Notes under the pieces: generated by a model
What the model saw: only the letters and a program-made list of their open reading frames with translations
Told to the model about the DNA's origin: nothing
Database searches by the model: none
Shown: piece after piece, positions 27,789 to 37,883 of the stretch
How positions within the stretch are numbered: the stretch's first letter is position 1
Layout of the letters: each line of letters starts with the position of its first letter
Translations under genes and position numbers: made by a program
IMG/VR virus record: IMGVR_UViG_3300044733_004754
Strand: one strand, 5' to 3'
DNA from: a virus
Length of the DNA: 64,000 bases

Positions 27789-28023
27789 GACCGTAAAATT
27801 AATTGCCTCTGAGATTTCCGTAACTTCTGCTAATACGATTAGTGGTGCTAGTCTTGTAAGAGTATATGCTTCAGCCAATGCACTTATTACCTTAGCAAAC
27901 ACGGGTGGTACGATAGGTACATGCACAATGCCTGGTGGCACTATCGAATATTTTGTAAAACAACCAGCCGATACTATTGCATCGAACGTCGCAGTTCGGG
28001 CTACTTCAGTAGCATTTACGTAA
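27781..28023 (+). CDS. Small hypothetical virion protein
   Basis: Strong GAGGAGG SD; 80-aa beta-rich protein before gp21. Confidence 0.6.
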   Translation: MAETVKLIASEISVTSANTISGASLVRVYASANALITLANTGGTIGTCTMPGGTIEYFVKQPADTIASNVAVRATSVAFT

Positions 28024-28032
28024 GGAAAAAAA

Positions 28033-28692
28033 ATGAAGCTGATTACCGAACTTAACGAAGATGTCAAATACCTTATCGAAGAACGTGAAGGTAAGAAAAA
28101 CATGTTCATCGAAGGTATCATTATGCAAGGTAATATTGCAAATAAGAACGGTCGGATGTATAGAATTGAAACACTCGAACGAGAAATGAACAGATATAAC
28201 GAACAATATGTTTCGAAAAACCGAGCCTATGGTGAGTTAGGTCATCCATCTGGTCCGACGCTCAACTTAGAGCGAGCATGCATTATGTTCAAATCTCTTC
28301 GTCGTGAAGGGAATAATATTGTCGGCCGCGCTAAAGTTCTTGACACCCCAATGGGTAACATCGTTAAAGGATTAATTAATGAAGGAGCCAATCTAGGCAT
28401 TTCTTCAAGAGGCATGGGTAGTGTAAAAGAGGGTAAGGACGGAGTTATGGAAGTCCAGGACGATTATTACCTTGCAACAGCTGGTGACATCGTTGCTGAT
28501 CCTTCAGCACCCGAGGCATTTGTGCGAGGTATCATGGAAGGCGTTGAGTGGATTTGGGACAACGGTGTCCTAAAAGCACAAAAGCTCGAGCAGTATAAAG
28601 AAGAGATTAATCGTGGAGCCCGCCGCAAAATATCAGAAGAAACTGCAATTAATTTATTCAAGCAGTTTCTCTCAGAAATTACGAAAAGATGA
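28033..28692 (+). CDS. gp21: Prohead protease gp21
   Basis: MKLITE, GELGHP, GISSRGMGS and DIVADPSAP motifs. Confidence 0.96.
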   Translation: MKLITELNEDVKYLIEEREGKKNMFIEGIIMQGNIANKNGRMYRIETLEREMNRYNEQYVSKNRAYGELGHPSGPTLNLERACIMFKSLRREGNNIVGRAKVLDTPMGNIVKGLINEGANLGISSRGMGSVKEGKDGVMEVQDDYYLATAGDIVADPSAPEAFVRGIMEGVEWIWDNGVLKAQKLEQYKEEINRGARRKISEETAINLFKQFLSEITKR

Positions 28693-28695
28693 TTT

Positions 28696-28703
28696 TATAA
28701 ATA
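28696..28703 (+). promoter_or_regulatory. Late promoter TATAAATA
   Basis: Exact consensus upstream of gp22. Confidence 0.85.
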
Positions 28704-28728
28704 AATAAAAAGTCAAAGGAGCTTTTAA

Positions 28729-29754
28729 ATGACCGTAAAACAAAAACAATTGGATGAAAAGATCCAAACTGGCGGCGGAGCTACTGGAGTTTCTCATACA
28801 GCAGATCCTGTTGCAAAAAATGCAACTCTTCCAGCATCGCATCTAGGCAACGGTGAGAAAATGAACACCACTGCTCACATTGCACCAGGTGAAGGTGAAG
28901 AAGAAACCAGTACCGAGAACAATGTTAAAACAACGAAAGACACAGCTGGTAGTAATAAAGCGTCTGTTGGTATGAAGGGCAGTGCTGCTACCCCTGGCCA
29001 ATCGTATAGCTTTGCTCCCAACAGTGTTAAAGAGGACGTAGAGGCCATGTTTGCTGGTTCAGAACTTTCCGAAGAGTTTAAAGAAAAGGCAGCTGTTATT
29101 TTTGAAGCTGCTGTTACTGCACAAGTAAATGAAGCTGTTGCTGATCTTGAAGAGCAGTATAACACAGCTCTTGCTGAAGAGCTAGCAAAGATTTTCGAAG
29201 ATCTGACAGATAAGATTGATCAGTATATGACCTACACGGTTGAGCAGTGGATGGAAGAGAATCAAGTTGCTATCGAACATTCGCTCCGTACTGAGATCAC
29301 TGAAGAGTTCATTACCAACTTAAAGAGTTTGTTTGAACAAAGCTACATTTCAATTCCTGAAGAGAAGTTTGATGTTGTCGAAGGTATGACAGCTGAAATG
29401 GAAGAAATGAAAGCCGAACTCGATAAGGCAATTGAAGAGAATATGGAGCTTAAAAATGCTCTAATCGAATCTTCACGTAAAGAAATTATTGCTCAGGTTT
29501 CTGAAGGTCTTGCTGCTACACAGTCTGAAAAACTTGTAGCTCTTGCTGAGGGTGTTGAGTTTGATTCTCTTGAGAACTATCGCAAGAAACTAGAGATTGT
29601 CAAAGAGAATTATTTCCCAACCGATAAGCCAGCTAGTGCAAAACAAAATCTTCTTGAACAAATCAATGAAGAGAATGTTGAGCCCGCAAAAGCAACTGTC
29701 AATAGCCCCGTGTCCGCGTACGCCCAAGCTATTTCCAGAACGGTTAAAAAATAA
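28729..29754 (+). CDS. gp22: Prohead scaffold protein gp22
   Basis: LSEEFKEKAAVIFEAAV, WMEENQVAIE and LAEGVEF motifs. Confidence 0.93.
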   Translation: MTVKQKQLDEKIQTGGGATGVSHTADPVAKNATLPASHLGNGEKMNTTAHIAPGEGEEETSTENNVKTTKDTAGSNKASVGMKGSAATPGQSYSFAPNSVKEDVEAMFAGSELSEEFKEKAAVIFEAAVTAQVNEAVADLEEQYNTALAEELAKIFEDLTDKIDQYMTYTVEQWMEENQVAIEHSLRTEITEEFITNLKSLFEQSYISIPEEKFDVVEGMTAEMEEMKAELDKAIEENMELKNALIESSRKEIIAQVSEGLAATQSEKLVALAEGVEFDSLENYRKKLEIVKENYFPTDKPASAKQNLLEQINEENVEPAKATVNSPVSAYAQAISRTVKK

Positions 29755-29758
29755 TCTT

Positions 29759-29766
29759 TATAAATA
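29759..29766 (+). promoter_or_regulatory. Late promoter TATAAATA
   Basis: Exact consensus upstream of gp23. Confidence 0.88.
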
Positions 29767-29807
29767 ATTAACATCCAATTAACTAAACCAAAAAGGGGAT
29801 AGAAAAA

Positions 29808-31163
29808 ATGTACCTTAATGAAGAAATTCAAAACAAGTGGGCTCCTGTATTGAACCACGACGATCTTCCTAAGATCGATAATAGCCATAAGCGGTCCGTC
29901 GTGGCACAGTTGCTTGAGAACACAGAAAGAGCTCTTATGGAAGCTGGTGGTCAGGCTCCTGGTAGCCAGTTCCTTGCAGAATCGCCAGTTCCTATCAACT
30001 CGGGTGTGTCTGGTGGTGCTGGTAACATTGCAACTTTCGATCCAGTGCTTATTAGCCTTGTTCGTCGTGCGATGCCTAACCTTATCGCTTATGACATTTG
30101 CGGCGTTCAGCCAATGACTGGCCCCACAGGCCTGATATTTGCAATGCGCTCGCAGTATGGTAACACGACATCTGCAAATGTTGCTGAGACATTCTACAAC
30201 GAAGTTAACACAGAATTCTCGTCTGTTGTGTCCGGTGCAAACACGCTTGGCCTCAAGCAGGTTGGTGGTGTTCCTGGTAACACTTCTGTCACAGCTAACT
30301 TGGCAGAGCAGGGTGTTTACAACTTTGCAAGAGGTATGTCGACGGCACAAGCAGAAGCTCTGGGAACAGATAGCAACACAGCTTTCCCACAGATGGGTTT
30401 CACGATCGACAAAGTTACGGTTACAGCAGTTTCGCGTGCTCTGAAGGCTGAATACACGATGGAACTTGCACAAGACCTTAAAGCAATTCATGGTCTTGAT
30501 GCAGAAACAGAACTCTCCAATATTCTTACTGGTGAGATTCTTGCTGAGATCAACCGTGAAGTTGTTCGTACAATCAACGTCACAGCAAAACAAGGTTGCT
30601 CGTCTGGTACCACAACAGCTGGTATCTTCGACCTTGACGTTGATGCAAACGGCCGTTGGTCGGTTGAGAAGTTCAAAGGTCTGATGTTCCAGATCGAGCG
30701 TGAAGCTAACCAAATCGCCAAAGACACACGTCGTGGCAAAGGTAACATCATCATCTGCTCGAGCGACGTTGCATCTGCTCTTCAGATGGCTGGTGTTCTT
30801 GATTACACGCCTGCTCTTAACAGCAACAACCTCCAAATCGATGACACGGGTAACACGTTCGCTGGTGTTCTGAACGGTCGTATGCGTGTTTATATCGATC
30901 CATATGCAACAGGCAACTATATGACTATCGGCTACAAAGGCTCGAGCGCCTTCGATGCTGGTATCTTCTACTGCCCATATGTTCCTCTCCAAATGGTTCG
31001 TGCTGTTGATCAAGACAGCTTCGCACCAAAGATCGGCTTCAAGACACGTTACGGCATGGTTGCAAATCCGTTTGCACAAGGCCTGACACGTACCAACCTT
31101 GGTGCTATGATCAAAGATAGCAACGTGTACTATCGTCGTACACTTGTTCAAAACCTGCTATAA
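29808..31163 (+). CDS. gp23: Major capsid protein gp23
   Basis: LVRRAMPNLIAYDICGVQPMTGPTGLIFAMR, ELAQDLKAIHGLDAE and PKIGFKTRYG motifs. Confidence 0.98.
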   Translation: MYLNEEIQNKWAPVLNHDDLPKIDNSHKRSVVAQLLENTERALMEAGGQAPGSQFLAESPVPINSGVSGGAGNIATFDPVLISLVRRAMPNLIAYDICGVQPMTGPTGLIFAMRSQYGNTTSANVAETFYNEVNTEFSSVVSGANTLGLKQVGGVPGNTSVTANLAEQGVYNFARGMSTAQAEALGTDSNTAFPQMGFTIDKVTVTAVSRALKAEYTMELAQDLKAIHGLDAETELSNILTGEILAEINREVVRTINVTAKQGCSSGTTTAGIFDLDVDANGRWSVEKFKGLMFQIEREANQIAKDTRRGKGNIIICSSDVASALQMAGVLDYTPALNSNNLQIDDTGNTFAGVLNGRMRVYIDPYATGNYMTIGYKGSSAFDAGIFYCPYVPLQMVRAVDQDSFAPKIGFKTRYGMVANPFAQGLTRTNLGAMIKDSNVYYRRTLVQNLL

Positions 31164-31191
31164 AAGAAAAACAACAAGGCAGAGTTTTTTC

Positions 31192-31218
31192 AAAGGGGCG
31201 CTTCGGCGCCCCTTTTTT
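31192..31218 (+). terminator. Rho-independent terminator with cUUCGg loop
   Basis: AAAGGGGCGC-TTCG-GCGCCCCTTT followed by a T run, after gp23. Confidence 0.92.
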
Positions 31219-31259
31219 ATTGCATAAATATTTTATAGCACACATATGGAATATACGCA

Positions 31260-31781
31260 ATGACTGCTTTAACCAACCAACCAGAAAACACAAACTTTCT
31301 TTCGCCACTTGGCTACAAGTTGTTGATAAAGAAACTACCTCATGTAAACTTTTTCATCCAAGGCGTAGCTGTTCCGAGTGTTTCTCTAGGAACAGCCGAT
31401 GTTGATACTCCTTTTACAAGAATACCTTTCCCAGGTACTAAACTTACGTTCCAAAATTTAGAAGTGACATTTAAAATTGACGAGGACATGCAGAATTATA
31501 TTGAGGTATTCAACTGGATGAATGAGTTAGGATTCCCTGATAATTTTGCTGAATATCAAGCAATAGCTGCAAAACCTCTATACACTGGTGATGGTATATT
31601 CTCTGACATGACTCTTACCATCCTAACAAGTGCTATGAATCCCAATATTGCTATCGATTTCATAGACTGCTTCCCTGTTGACCTTTCCTCCATAATGTTT
31701 GATAGTACACCTGCCGATGTTGAGTATTTAACAGCTACTATTACTTTTGCTAATAGAAGGTTTAACATAAGAAGATTGTAA
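31260..31781 (+). CDS. gp3: Tail completion / tube terminator gp3
   Basis: NFLSPLGY...P.VNFF, F.IDEDMQNY and FPVDLS motifs. CATAAATA promoter variant at 31223. Confidence 0.88.
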   Translation: MTALTNQPENTNFLSPLGYKLLIKKLPHVNFFIQGVAVPSVSLGTADVDTPFTRIPFPGTKLTFQNLEVTFKIDEDMQNYIEVFNWMNELGFPDNFAEYQAIAAKPLYTGDGIFSDMTLTILTSAMNPNIAIDFIDCFPVDLSSIMFDSTPADVEYLTATITFANRRFNIRRL

Positions 31782-31782
31782 T

Positions 31783-32217
31783 ATGAAATTTGAAGATATT
31801 ATGAATATGTGGGAACAAGATGCAAAGATGGATCAAACAGAGCTGGGGGAAGAAAGTGTAAAGGTACCTATTCTTCATTATAAGTATTATAAGATACTTG
31901 TTGATGAGGGGCTACTATACAAGAAATGTGAGATTGATTACAAGTCTCTTTACAAACTTAAATTTGAGTACTACATGGGTACTCTCGATAAAGAAACGCT
32001 TGAAGAGCGGGGCTGGGAACCTAATGGCCTGAAGATCCTCAAAGCCGATCTATCGATTTACACGGATGCAGATCCTGAGTTACAAATGCTTCAAGCACGA
32101 ATCGACGTTCAAAAACAAAAGATATCTTTCCTCGAGTCAGTCATAAAGACAATATCTAACAGGGGCTTCTTGATTAAGAACATGATCGATTGGGAGAGGT
32201 TTAAGGTAGGTGCATGA
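31783..32217 (+). CDS. uvsY: Recombination mediator UvsY
   Basis: WEQDAKMD, LHYKY, EYYMG and RGFLIKNMIDW motifs. Confidence 0.92.
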   Translation: MKFEDIMNMWEQDAKMDQTELGEESVKVPILHYKYYKILVDEGLLYKKCEIDYKSLYKLKFEYYMGTLDKETLEERGWEPNGLKILKADLSIYTDADPELQMLQARIDVQKQKISFLESVIKTISNRGFLIKNMIDWERFKVGA

Positions 32218-33683
32218 CAGAAACACTTCGCATTCACAAACTTAACGACGTACATCTTAAAGTTGTTTGTGATGCTGGTATACTTTACGAACTAGGTGAG
32301 TACTTTACATTCAATGTCCCTGGTGCTAGATTTTCTCCTGCATTTAAAAATAGGGTGTGGGATGGAAAAATCCGTCTCTTTCATTCTATGCGTGGTACGC
32401 TGTACACAGGACTTTTAAACGAACTCTTATCTTTTGCAAAAGATAGGAAATATAACGTTGAGTATGATAATCTGGATGATTTTGCTGAGGATGAATTTCC
32501 TGATCAAAAAGCAAACGAGTTTATATTTACATTGGAATTACCGCATACTGTTCGGGATTATCAGTACGAAGCATTTGTACATTGCGTGAGACGAAACAGA
32601 GCGTTGTTGTTATCACCAACCGCGTCGGGCAAGTCATTAATTATCTTTATGCTTGCTGCATATTATGTTAACGAAAAGGTTTTAATTGTAACCCCAAACG
32701 TTAGCCTTGTACATCAAATGGCAGCCGACTTTATTTCTTATGGGTGTCCCGAGCACCTCATACACAAGATTCATGAAGGCCAACCAAAAGACAACCCAGA
32801 CGCATACTTTACTATCACCACATGGCAAAGTATATACAAACAACCAAAAAAGTGGTTTGATAAGTACGGTGCTGTTATAGGTGATGAGGCTCATCAATTC
32901 AAAGCAAAGAGTCTTGTAAGTATAATGGAGCAGCTTGTTCATTGTCGTTATAGGTTCGGATTTACAGGAACATTGGACGGTACCAATACTAACAAGTTAG
33001 TGCTCGAGGGATTGTTTGGCCCTGTTAGACAAGTAACAACAACATCAGAAATGATGCAAAAGAAGAACGTAGCTCAGTTACAAATAAAAGCGCTTGTACT
33101 CAACTACAGTGAAGCAACCCGTAAACTCTTTGCTAAGAGTAGACCTGATTATAAAAGTGAGCTCAAATACATTGTACGTTCTACGCCTCGTAATAAGTTC
33201 TTGATAAACCTTGCATCATCCCTTAAAAACAATACTTTATTGTTGTTTAATTTTGTTGAACATGGTAAGTTGCTGTATAATGCCATTAAACAGCAGAATC
33301 CTAATAGGTCAGTTTTCATGGTGTATGGTAAAGTTGAGGGTGAGGAAAGAGAAGATATACGTAAGTACACAGAAGAAAATACTGACGTGATTATAGTCGC
33401 GTCCTATAAAACATTCTCAACAGGTATAAACATTCCCAGCTTGGAAAATGTAATTTTTGGTAGCCCTAGTAAATCAAGAGTACGAGTATTGCAATCCATT
33501 GGTCGAGCGTTACGAGTAAGCGATAAAAAAGAGTCAGCTAAATTATACGATGTAGCTGACGATATATCATGGCAATCGTATAAAAATACTTCAATACGAC
33601 ATTTCTCTGAGAGAGTTCAAATGTATAATCAAGAACAGTTTGATTATAAAATTTATACAATCAACGTAAAGGACAACTCATGA
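32214..33683 (+). CDS. uvsW: DNA helicase UvsW
   Basis: WDGKIRLF, SPTASGKS, DEAH and LQSIGRALR motifs. Confidence 0.96.
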   Translation: MTETLRIHKLNDVHLKVVCDAGILYELGEYFTFNVPGARFSPAFKNRVWDGKIRLFHSMRGTLYTGLLNELLSFAKDRKYNVEYDNLDDFAEDEFPDQKANEFIFTLELPHTVRDYQYEAFVHCVRRNRALLLSPTASGKSLIIFMLAAYYVNEKVLIVTPNVSLVHQMAADFISYGCPEHLIHKIHEGQPKDNPDAYFTITTWQSIYKQPKKWFDKYGAVIGDEAHQFKAKSLVSIMEQLVHCRYRFGFTGTLDGTNTNKLVLEGLFGPVRQVTTTSEMMQKKNVAQLQIKALVLNYSEATRKLFAKSRPDYKSELKYIVRSTPRNKFLINLASSLKNNTLLLFNFVEHGKLLYNAIKQQNPNRSVFMVYGKVEGEEREDIRKYTEENTDVIIVASYKTFSTGINIPSLENVIFGSPSKSRVRVLQSIGRALRVSDKKESAKLYDVADDISWQSYKNTSIRHFSERVQMYNQEQFDYKIYTINVKDNS

Positions 33684-34069
33684 ACTCAATAATTTTAGTT
33701 AAACTAGCAGATGGTAATGAGTTGATTGGTGAGTTACTTGAAGATCAAAAAACTCATATAAGGCTAATGAAAGCTCTACAGATTCATTATCGTTATTACA
33801 TGGGTGGCATTCCGCATATATCCTTTTCACGATACATGATGTTTACTGCTGAGCCTCATGTTGTTATTGATACGAGACACGTCATGACTATTGCATTAGC
33901 TCGTAAAGCATTCGTTGACTACTACATCGACAATGTGGAAGATTACTTTAGTGGCTCGGAAGACATCGTCGATAACGAACTGACATCAGCTTTGTCTACC
34001 ACACAAAAAGAACAACAAATGAAAAAAATTCTTGAATCAATGCCAACAGATAAAGCGACATTAAATTAA
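33680..34069 (+). CDS. Hypothetical protein between uvsW and gp55 (Sm-like N-terminus)
   Basis: LVKLADGNELIG start and a position conserved in exo-T4 phages. Confidence 0.65.
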   Translation: MNSIILVKLADGNELIGELLEDQKTHIRLMKALQIHYRYYMGGIPHISFSRYMMFTAEPHVVIDTRHVMTIALARKAFVDYYIDNVEDYFSGSEDIVDNELTSALSTTQKEQQMKKILESMPTDKATLN

Positions 34070-34070
34070 C

Positions 34071-34622
34071 ATGAGCACACATTACGTTGATAATAAACAA
34101 TTATATACAGTCATTCTTCAGTACAAAGTAGACGTTGAAAATGCCGAAGTACAAGGATTATCAAAACCACAAATTCCTAACTATGTTGGGGAATGTATCT
34201 TGCTTATCGCTCAGCGGCTTGCAACCAAACCCAACTTTATTAATTATTCATATCGAGAGGAAATGATAAGTGATGGAATCGAAAACTGTATTAGCTATTT
34301 TGATAACTTTGATCCTAGCAAGTCCGATAATCCTTTTGCTTATTTCACACAAATCATATATTTCGCATTTCTTCGACGAATTCAAAAAGAAAAGAAACAG
34401 GTCTATATAAAACACAAAACTGCTGAAAATAGTATGGTGTTTAATGAGATTATAGAACAGGCTGACGGTGACGACTTTATGCCCGTGCTTGAAATTGATG
34501 CCGATAACATATCTGAATTTATCAGGGCATTTGAGGAAAACATTGACAAGAAAAAAGTAAAAAGAAAGAAGGGTGTTGAGTTGTTTATTGAGGAAGATAA
34601 TGAAAATAGCGTTGTTGGGTGA
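34071..34622 (+). CDS. gp55: Late transcription sigma factor gp55
   Basis: HYVDNK, PNFINYSYREEMISDGIENC and NPFAYFTQIIYFAFLRRIQKEK motifs. Confidence 0.96.
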   Translation: MSTHYVDNKQLYTVILQYKVDVENAEVQGLSKPQIPNYVGECILLIAQRLATKPNFINYSYREEMISDGIENCISYFDNFDPSKSDNPFAYFTQIIYFAFLRRIQKEKKQVYIKHKTAENSMVFNEIIEQADGDDFMPVLEIDADNISEFIRAFEENIDKKKVKRKKGVELFIEEDNENSVVG

Positions 34623-35649
34623 CGTGCATTTTGGCGCGCGTAATGATAGCGCTGCCTTTCATAAGCACTTCGCTAAATTCTATAATGAAGTCTTTTTTCC
34701 CTATCTTGAGGAACACAACATCCTTCATGTTATTCAATTGGGTGATGTGTTCGACCGTCGTAAGTATGTTAACTTTCAAAGTCTTCAGCTTGCTCGGGAA
34801 TATTTCTTTAATCGTTTAAACAAAGATTATGTGTCGTGGTTGTTGGTTGGTAATCACGACACATACTATAAAAACACCAATGAAGTAAATTCGTTAGACC
34901 TTTTGCTACAGGGATATCATAACATCCATCGTATTAATAGGTGCCGATCAGTTGAGTTTGAAGATGTTAATTTTATGTTGGTACCCTGGTGGTGTGAAGA
35001 TAATGATGCTCATATCAGGGAAGTATTATCGAGCACATCAGCAACTCATATTGTAGGTCATTTTGAAATTGACGGCTTTGATTTATACAAGGGTGTATCT
35101 TATCAAGGTGAAATAAAACCTTCGCTGTTCAAAAACTTTGAGGCAGTTTATACAGGACATTTCCATCATAAATCGTCTCGAGGGAATATTCATTACCTAG
35201 GTACACCATACGAACTCACGTGGTCAGACTTTGATGATCCAAAAGGATTTCATGTGTTTGATACGGAAACACGAGAGTTATCTTTTGTGCAAAATCCATT
35301 TAAGTTACATCACAAATTATATTATAATGATACGACTATGGATGTTATGAACATTGACCTATCACAATACAATGAAACATTTGTGAAGGTAATTATAGGA
35401 AGCAAATCTAACCCATATATGTTTGATCTGTTTATTGATAAACTTGAAAAAGCAGGCGCATACAGTGTTCAAGTTGTCGACGATCATTTTCATATGGACA
35501 CACTTCAGGATACAGATATAGTAAGTGAGGCAGAGGATACACGAACAATTGTAACCAAATATATTAAACAGCTCGATCATGTTGTAGATAAACAACAGTT
35601 GGAGTCGTTGATGTTAACGCTTTATGAAGAAGCATTGAATGTGGAGTGA
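34600..35649 (+). CDS. gp47: Recombination nuclease gp47 (Mre11/SbcD-like)
   Basis: DVHFG, GDVFD, GNHD and GHFH motifs. Start placed at the ATG at 34600. Confidence 0.95.
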   Translation: MKIALLGDVHFGARNDSAAFHKHFAKFYNEVFFPYLEEHNILHVIQLGDVFDRRKYVNFQSLQLAREYFFNRLNKDYVSWLLVGNHDTYYKNTNEVNSLDLLLQGYHNIHRINRCRSVEFEDVNFMLVPWWCEDNDAHIREVLSSTSATHIVGHFEIDGFDLYKGVSYQGEIKPSLFKNFEAVYTGHFHHKSSRGNIHYLGTPYELTWSDFDDPKGFHVFDTETRELSFVQNPFKLHHKLYYNDTTMDVMNIDLSQYNETFVKVIIGSKSNPYMFDLFIDKLEKAGAYSVQVVDDHFHMDTLQDTDIVSEAEDTRTIVTKYIKQLDHVVDKQQLESLMLTLYEEALNVE

Positions 35650-35652
35650 AGG

Positions 35653-37368
35653 TTGATTGTATTTAAGAATTTGAGATGGATGAATCTTTTAAGCACTGGT
35701 AATGTATTTACAGAAGTGTCACTAGATACACACGGACAAACCTTGATTGTCGGTGAGAACGGTGCTGGTAAATCAACCATTCTCGACGCCTTGTCATTTG
35801 TTTTGTATGGCAAATCTTTTCGCAAGATTAACAAACCACAACTTGTCAATACAATAAATGAAAAGAATCTTTTAGTTGAATGTGATTTTTCTATTGGTAA
35901 TCGCACGTACAAAGTACGTCGTGGCATTAAGCCAACTGTGTTTGAGATTTACATTGATGGGAGTTTGTTGAATCAAGACGCAGAGTCGGTCGACTATCAG
36001 GATGTGTTAGAGAAGCAGATTCTTAAACTTAACCACAAAACATTTTCACAGGTTGTCGTTCTCGGTAGTGCATCCTTTGTTCCTTTTATGCAACTAGCGG
36101 CTCAACCTCGTCGTGATATTATTGAGGACTTACTGGATATACAGGTGTTCACAACAATGAACACACTATTGAAAGAAAAGATCACTACGAATAAAAATAA
36201 CCTTGTTGATGTTGATTATCGTATATCTAATACTGAAGATAAGATCAATATTGAGAAACAACACCTTTCTGTACTAGAGCAGAACAAAGATGATCTTGTT
36301 AAACAAAAAACACAACAAATAGATTACTATATTGAACAGGTGAAAAATGCTAATTCCCAAGCAGCAACTCTCTTATACGAAATTACCGAACTGCAAAGTA
36401 CTATTAACGATCAGAGCAAGGTACGGTCAAGGCAGGAGAAAATACTTACGCTTTCTAGACGAATTGACATTAACCTTGAAAAAGCACAAAAAGACGAAGA
36501 ATTCTTCAAAGCTCATGATAACTGTCCCACTTGTCGTCAAGGGATCGCAGACGGACATAAAGCCAGTATACTTAAAGAAACAAGTAGCAAACTGTATGAA
36601 ATACAACAGGGTAAACAAAAGATTGCGGAAGAATTGGCTGCTATCTCTGCCCGTCTAATAGAAATCACTAACATTACATCAATAATAACAGCTAAGCAAA
36701 ATGAGGTGTCCACTAAACAAATCCAGGTTGCTGCATGGGAAAATTTTGTTCAGTACACACAAAAAGAAATCGATACTCTTGTTGTAGACAACGATTTCAA
36801 TGCTAATAAAGACAGACTGATCGATCTACAAAATAAGTTGCAAGAATTGGGACAGCTAAAAGAGAAGTTAGTTAGAGAAAAGTCTGTATATGATGTGGCC
36901 GGTGTTTTGTTAAAAGATGCTGGTATTAAAACAAAAATCATACGTCAGTATATTCCTGTCATTAACAAACTCATCAACAAGTATCTGGCGGCAATGGATT
37001 TCTTCGTTAATTTCGAACTCAATGAGAACTTCGAAGAGAAAATAAAATCACGATTCCGTGATGATTTTAGTTACTCTTCATTTAGCGAGGGTGAGAAGTC
37101 ACGTATTGATTTGGCTTTGTTATTTACGTGGCGTGCTATAGCTAAACTGCGTAACAGTGCGAGTACTAACATTCTTATTCTGGATGAAGTGTTTGATGGT
37201 TCGTTGGATGCCAGAGGTAATGAAGAGCTACTAAAGATTCTACAAACCCTCACAGAGGGTAGTAATGTGTTCGTCATCTCTCATAAAACAGACGCGTTCC
37301 TTGATAAGTTTGAAAGAGTCCTTAAATTTGAAAAACACAAAAACTTTAGCAGGATGATTACATTATGA
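35653..37368 (+). CDS. gp46: Recombination ATPase gp46 (Rad50/SbcC-like)
   Basis: GENGAGKST, CPTC zinc hook, FSEGEK signature and LDEVFD. TTG start. Confidence 0.96.
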   Translation: MIVFKNLRWMNLLSTGNVFTEVSLDTHGQTLIVGENGAGKSTILDALSFVLYGKSFRKINKPQLVNTINEKNLLVECDFSIGNRTYKVRRGIKPTVFEIYIDGSLLNQDAESVDYQDVLEKQILKLNHKTFSQVVVLGSASFVPFMQLAAQPRRDIIEDLLDIQVFTTMNTLLKEKITTNKNNLVDVDYRISNTEDKINIEKQHLSVLEQNKDDLVKQKTQQIDYYIEQVKNANSQAATLLYEITELQSTINDQSKVRSRQEKILTLSRRIDINLEKAQKDEEFFKAHDNCPTCRQGIADGHKASILKETSSKLYEIQQGKQKIAEELAAISARLIEITNITSIITAKQNEVSTKQIQVAAWENFVQYTQKEIDTLVVDNDFNANKDRLIDLQNKLQELGQLKEKLVREKSVYDVAGVLLKDAGIKTKIIRQYIPVINKLINKYLAAMDFFVNFELNENFEEKIKSRFRDDFSYSSFSEGEKSRIDLALLFTWRAIAKLRNSASTNILILDEVFDGSLDARGNEELLKILQTLTEGSNVFVISHKTDAFLDKFERVLKFEKHKNFSRMITL

Positions 37369-37883
37369 AATTTAAGCACGTTAAACCTGATGATATAATC
37401 CTTACCAGAAACACCGAGCCCTTCAGTTTTTCGGATCCACCTATTGATCCTATTGAGCTTGCAAAAGATCTTTATGAAACACTGATGGAAACAAAATACC
37501 TAGGGTTGTCAGCACCACAAGTAGGTTTGCCATATCGAGTGTTTGCTCTAAGAACAACGCCTGGTATTGTTTGCTTTAATCCTAAAATTGTTGATAGGTC
37601 AAACGAAGAACTACTTCTTGATGAAATGAGTATGACACATGAACATCTGATTGTTCCTGTAAAAAGACCGAAGAAAATAAAAGTACGGTTTACTCTACCG
37701 AATGGGGAAATAAAGACTGAAGTATTTGATGGTATGACCGCGAGATATTTCATGCATCACCTTGACTACCTCGATGGCGTCGTGTATACTCAGCGAGCCA
37801 ATAAGCTACACTATCAGCGCGCTTTGCGCAAGAAAAAAATCTTAGATAGGCAGAACAAACGTGAACAAAAGGATATAGAATGA
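37365..37883 (+). CDS. Peptide deformylase homolog with degenerate active site
   Basis: GLSAPQVG, FNPKI and V.RP..I.V match the PDF fold. EGCLS is replaced by EMSMT and HExDH by HHLDY. Confidence 0.8.
   Translation: MKFKHVKPDDIILTRNTEPFSFSDPPIDPIELAKDLYETLMETKYLGLSAPQVGLPYRVFALRTTPGIVCFNPKIVDRSNEELLLDEMSMTHEHLIVPVKRPKKIKVRFTLPNGEIKTEVFDGMTARYFMHHLDYLDGVVYTQRANKLHYQRALRKKKILDRQNKREQKDIE

Noticed and set aside
29610-31151. 513-aa minus-strand ORF
   Set aside because: It is antisense to the major capsid gene and is explained by the strong codon bias of gp23. It has no recognisable motifs.
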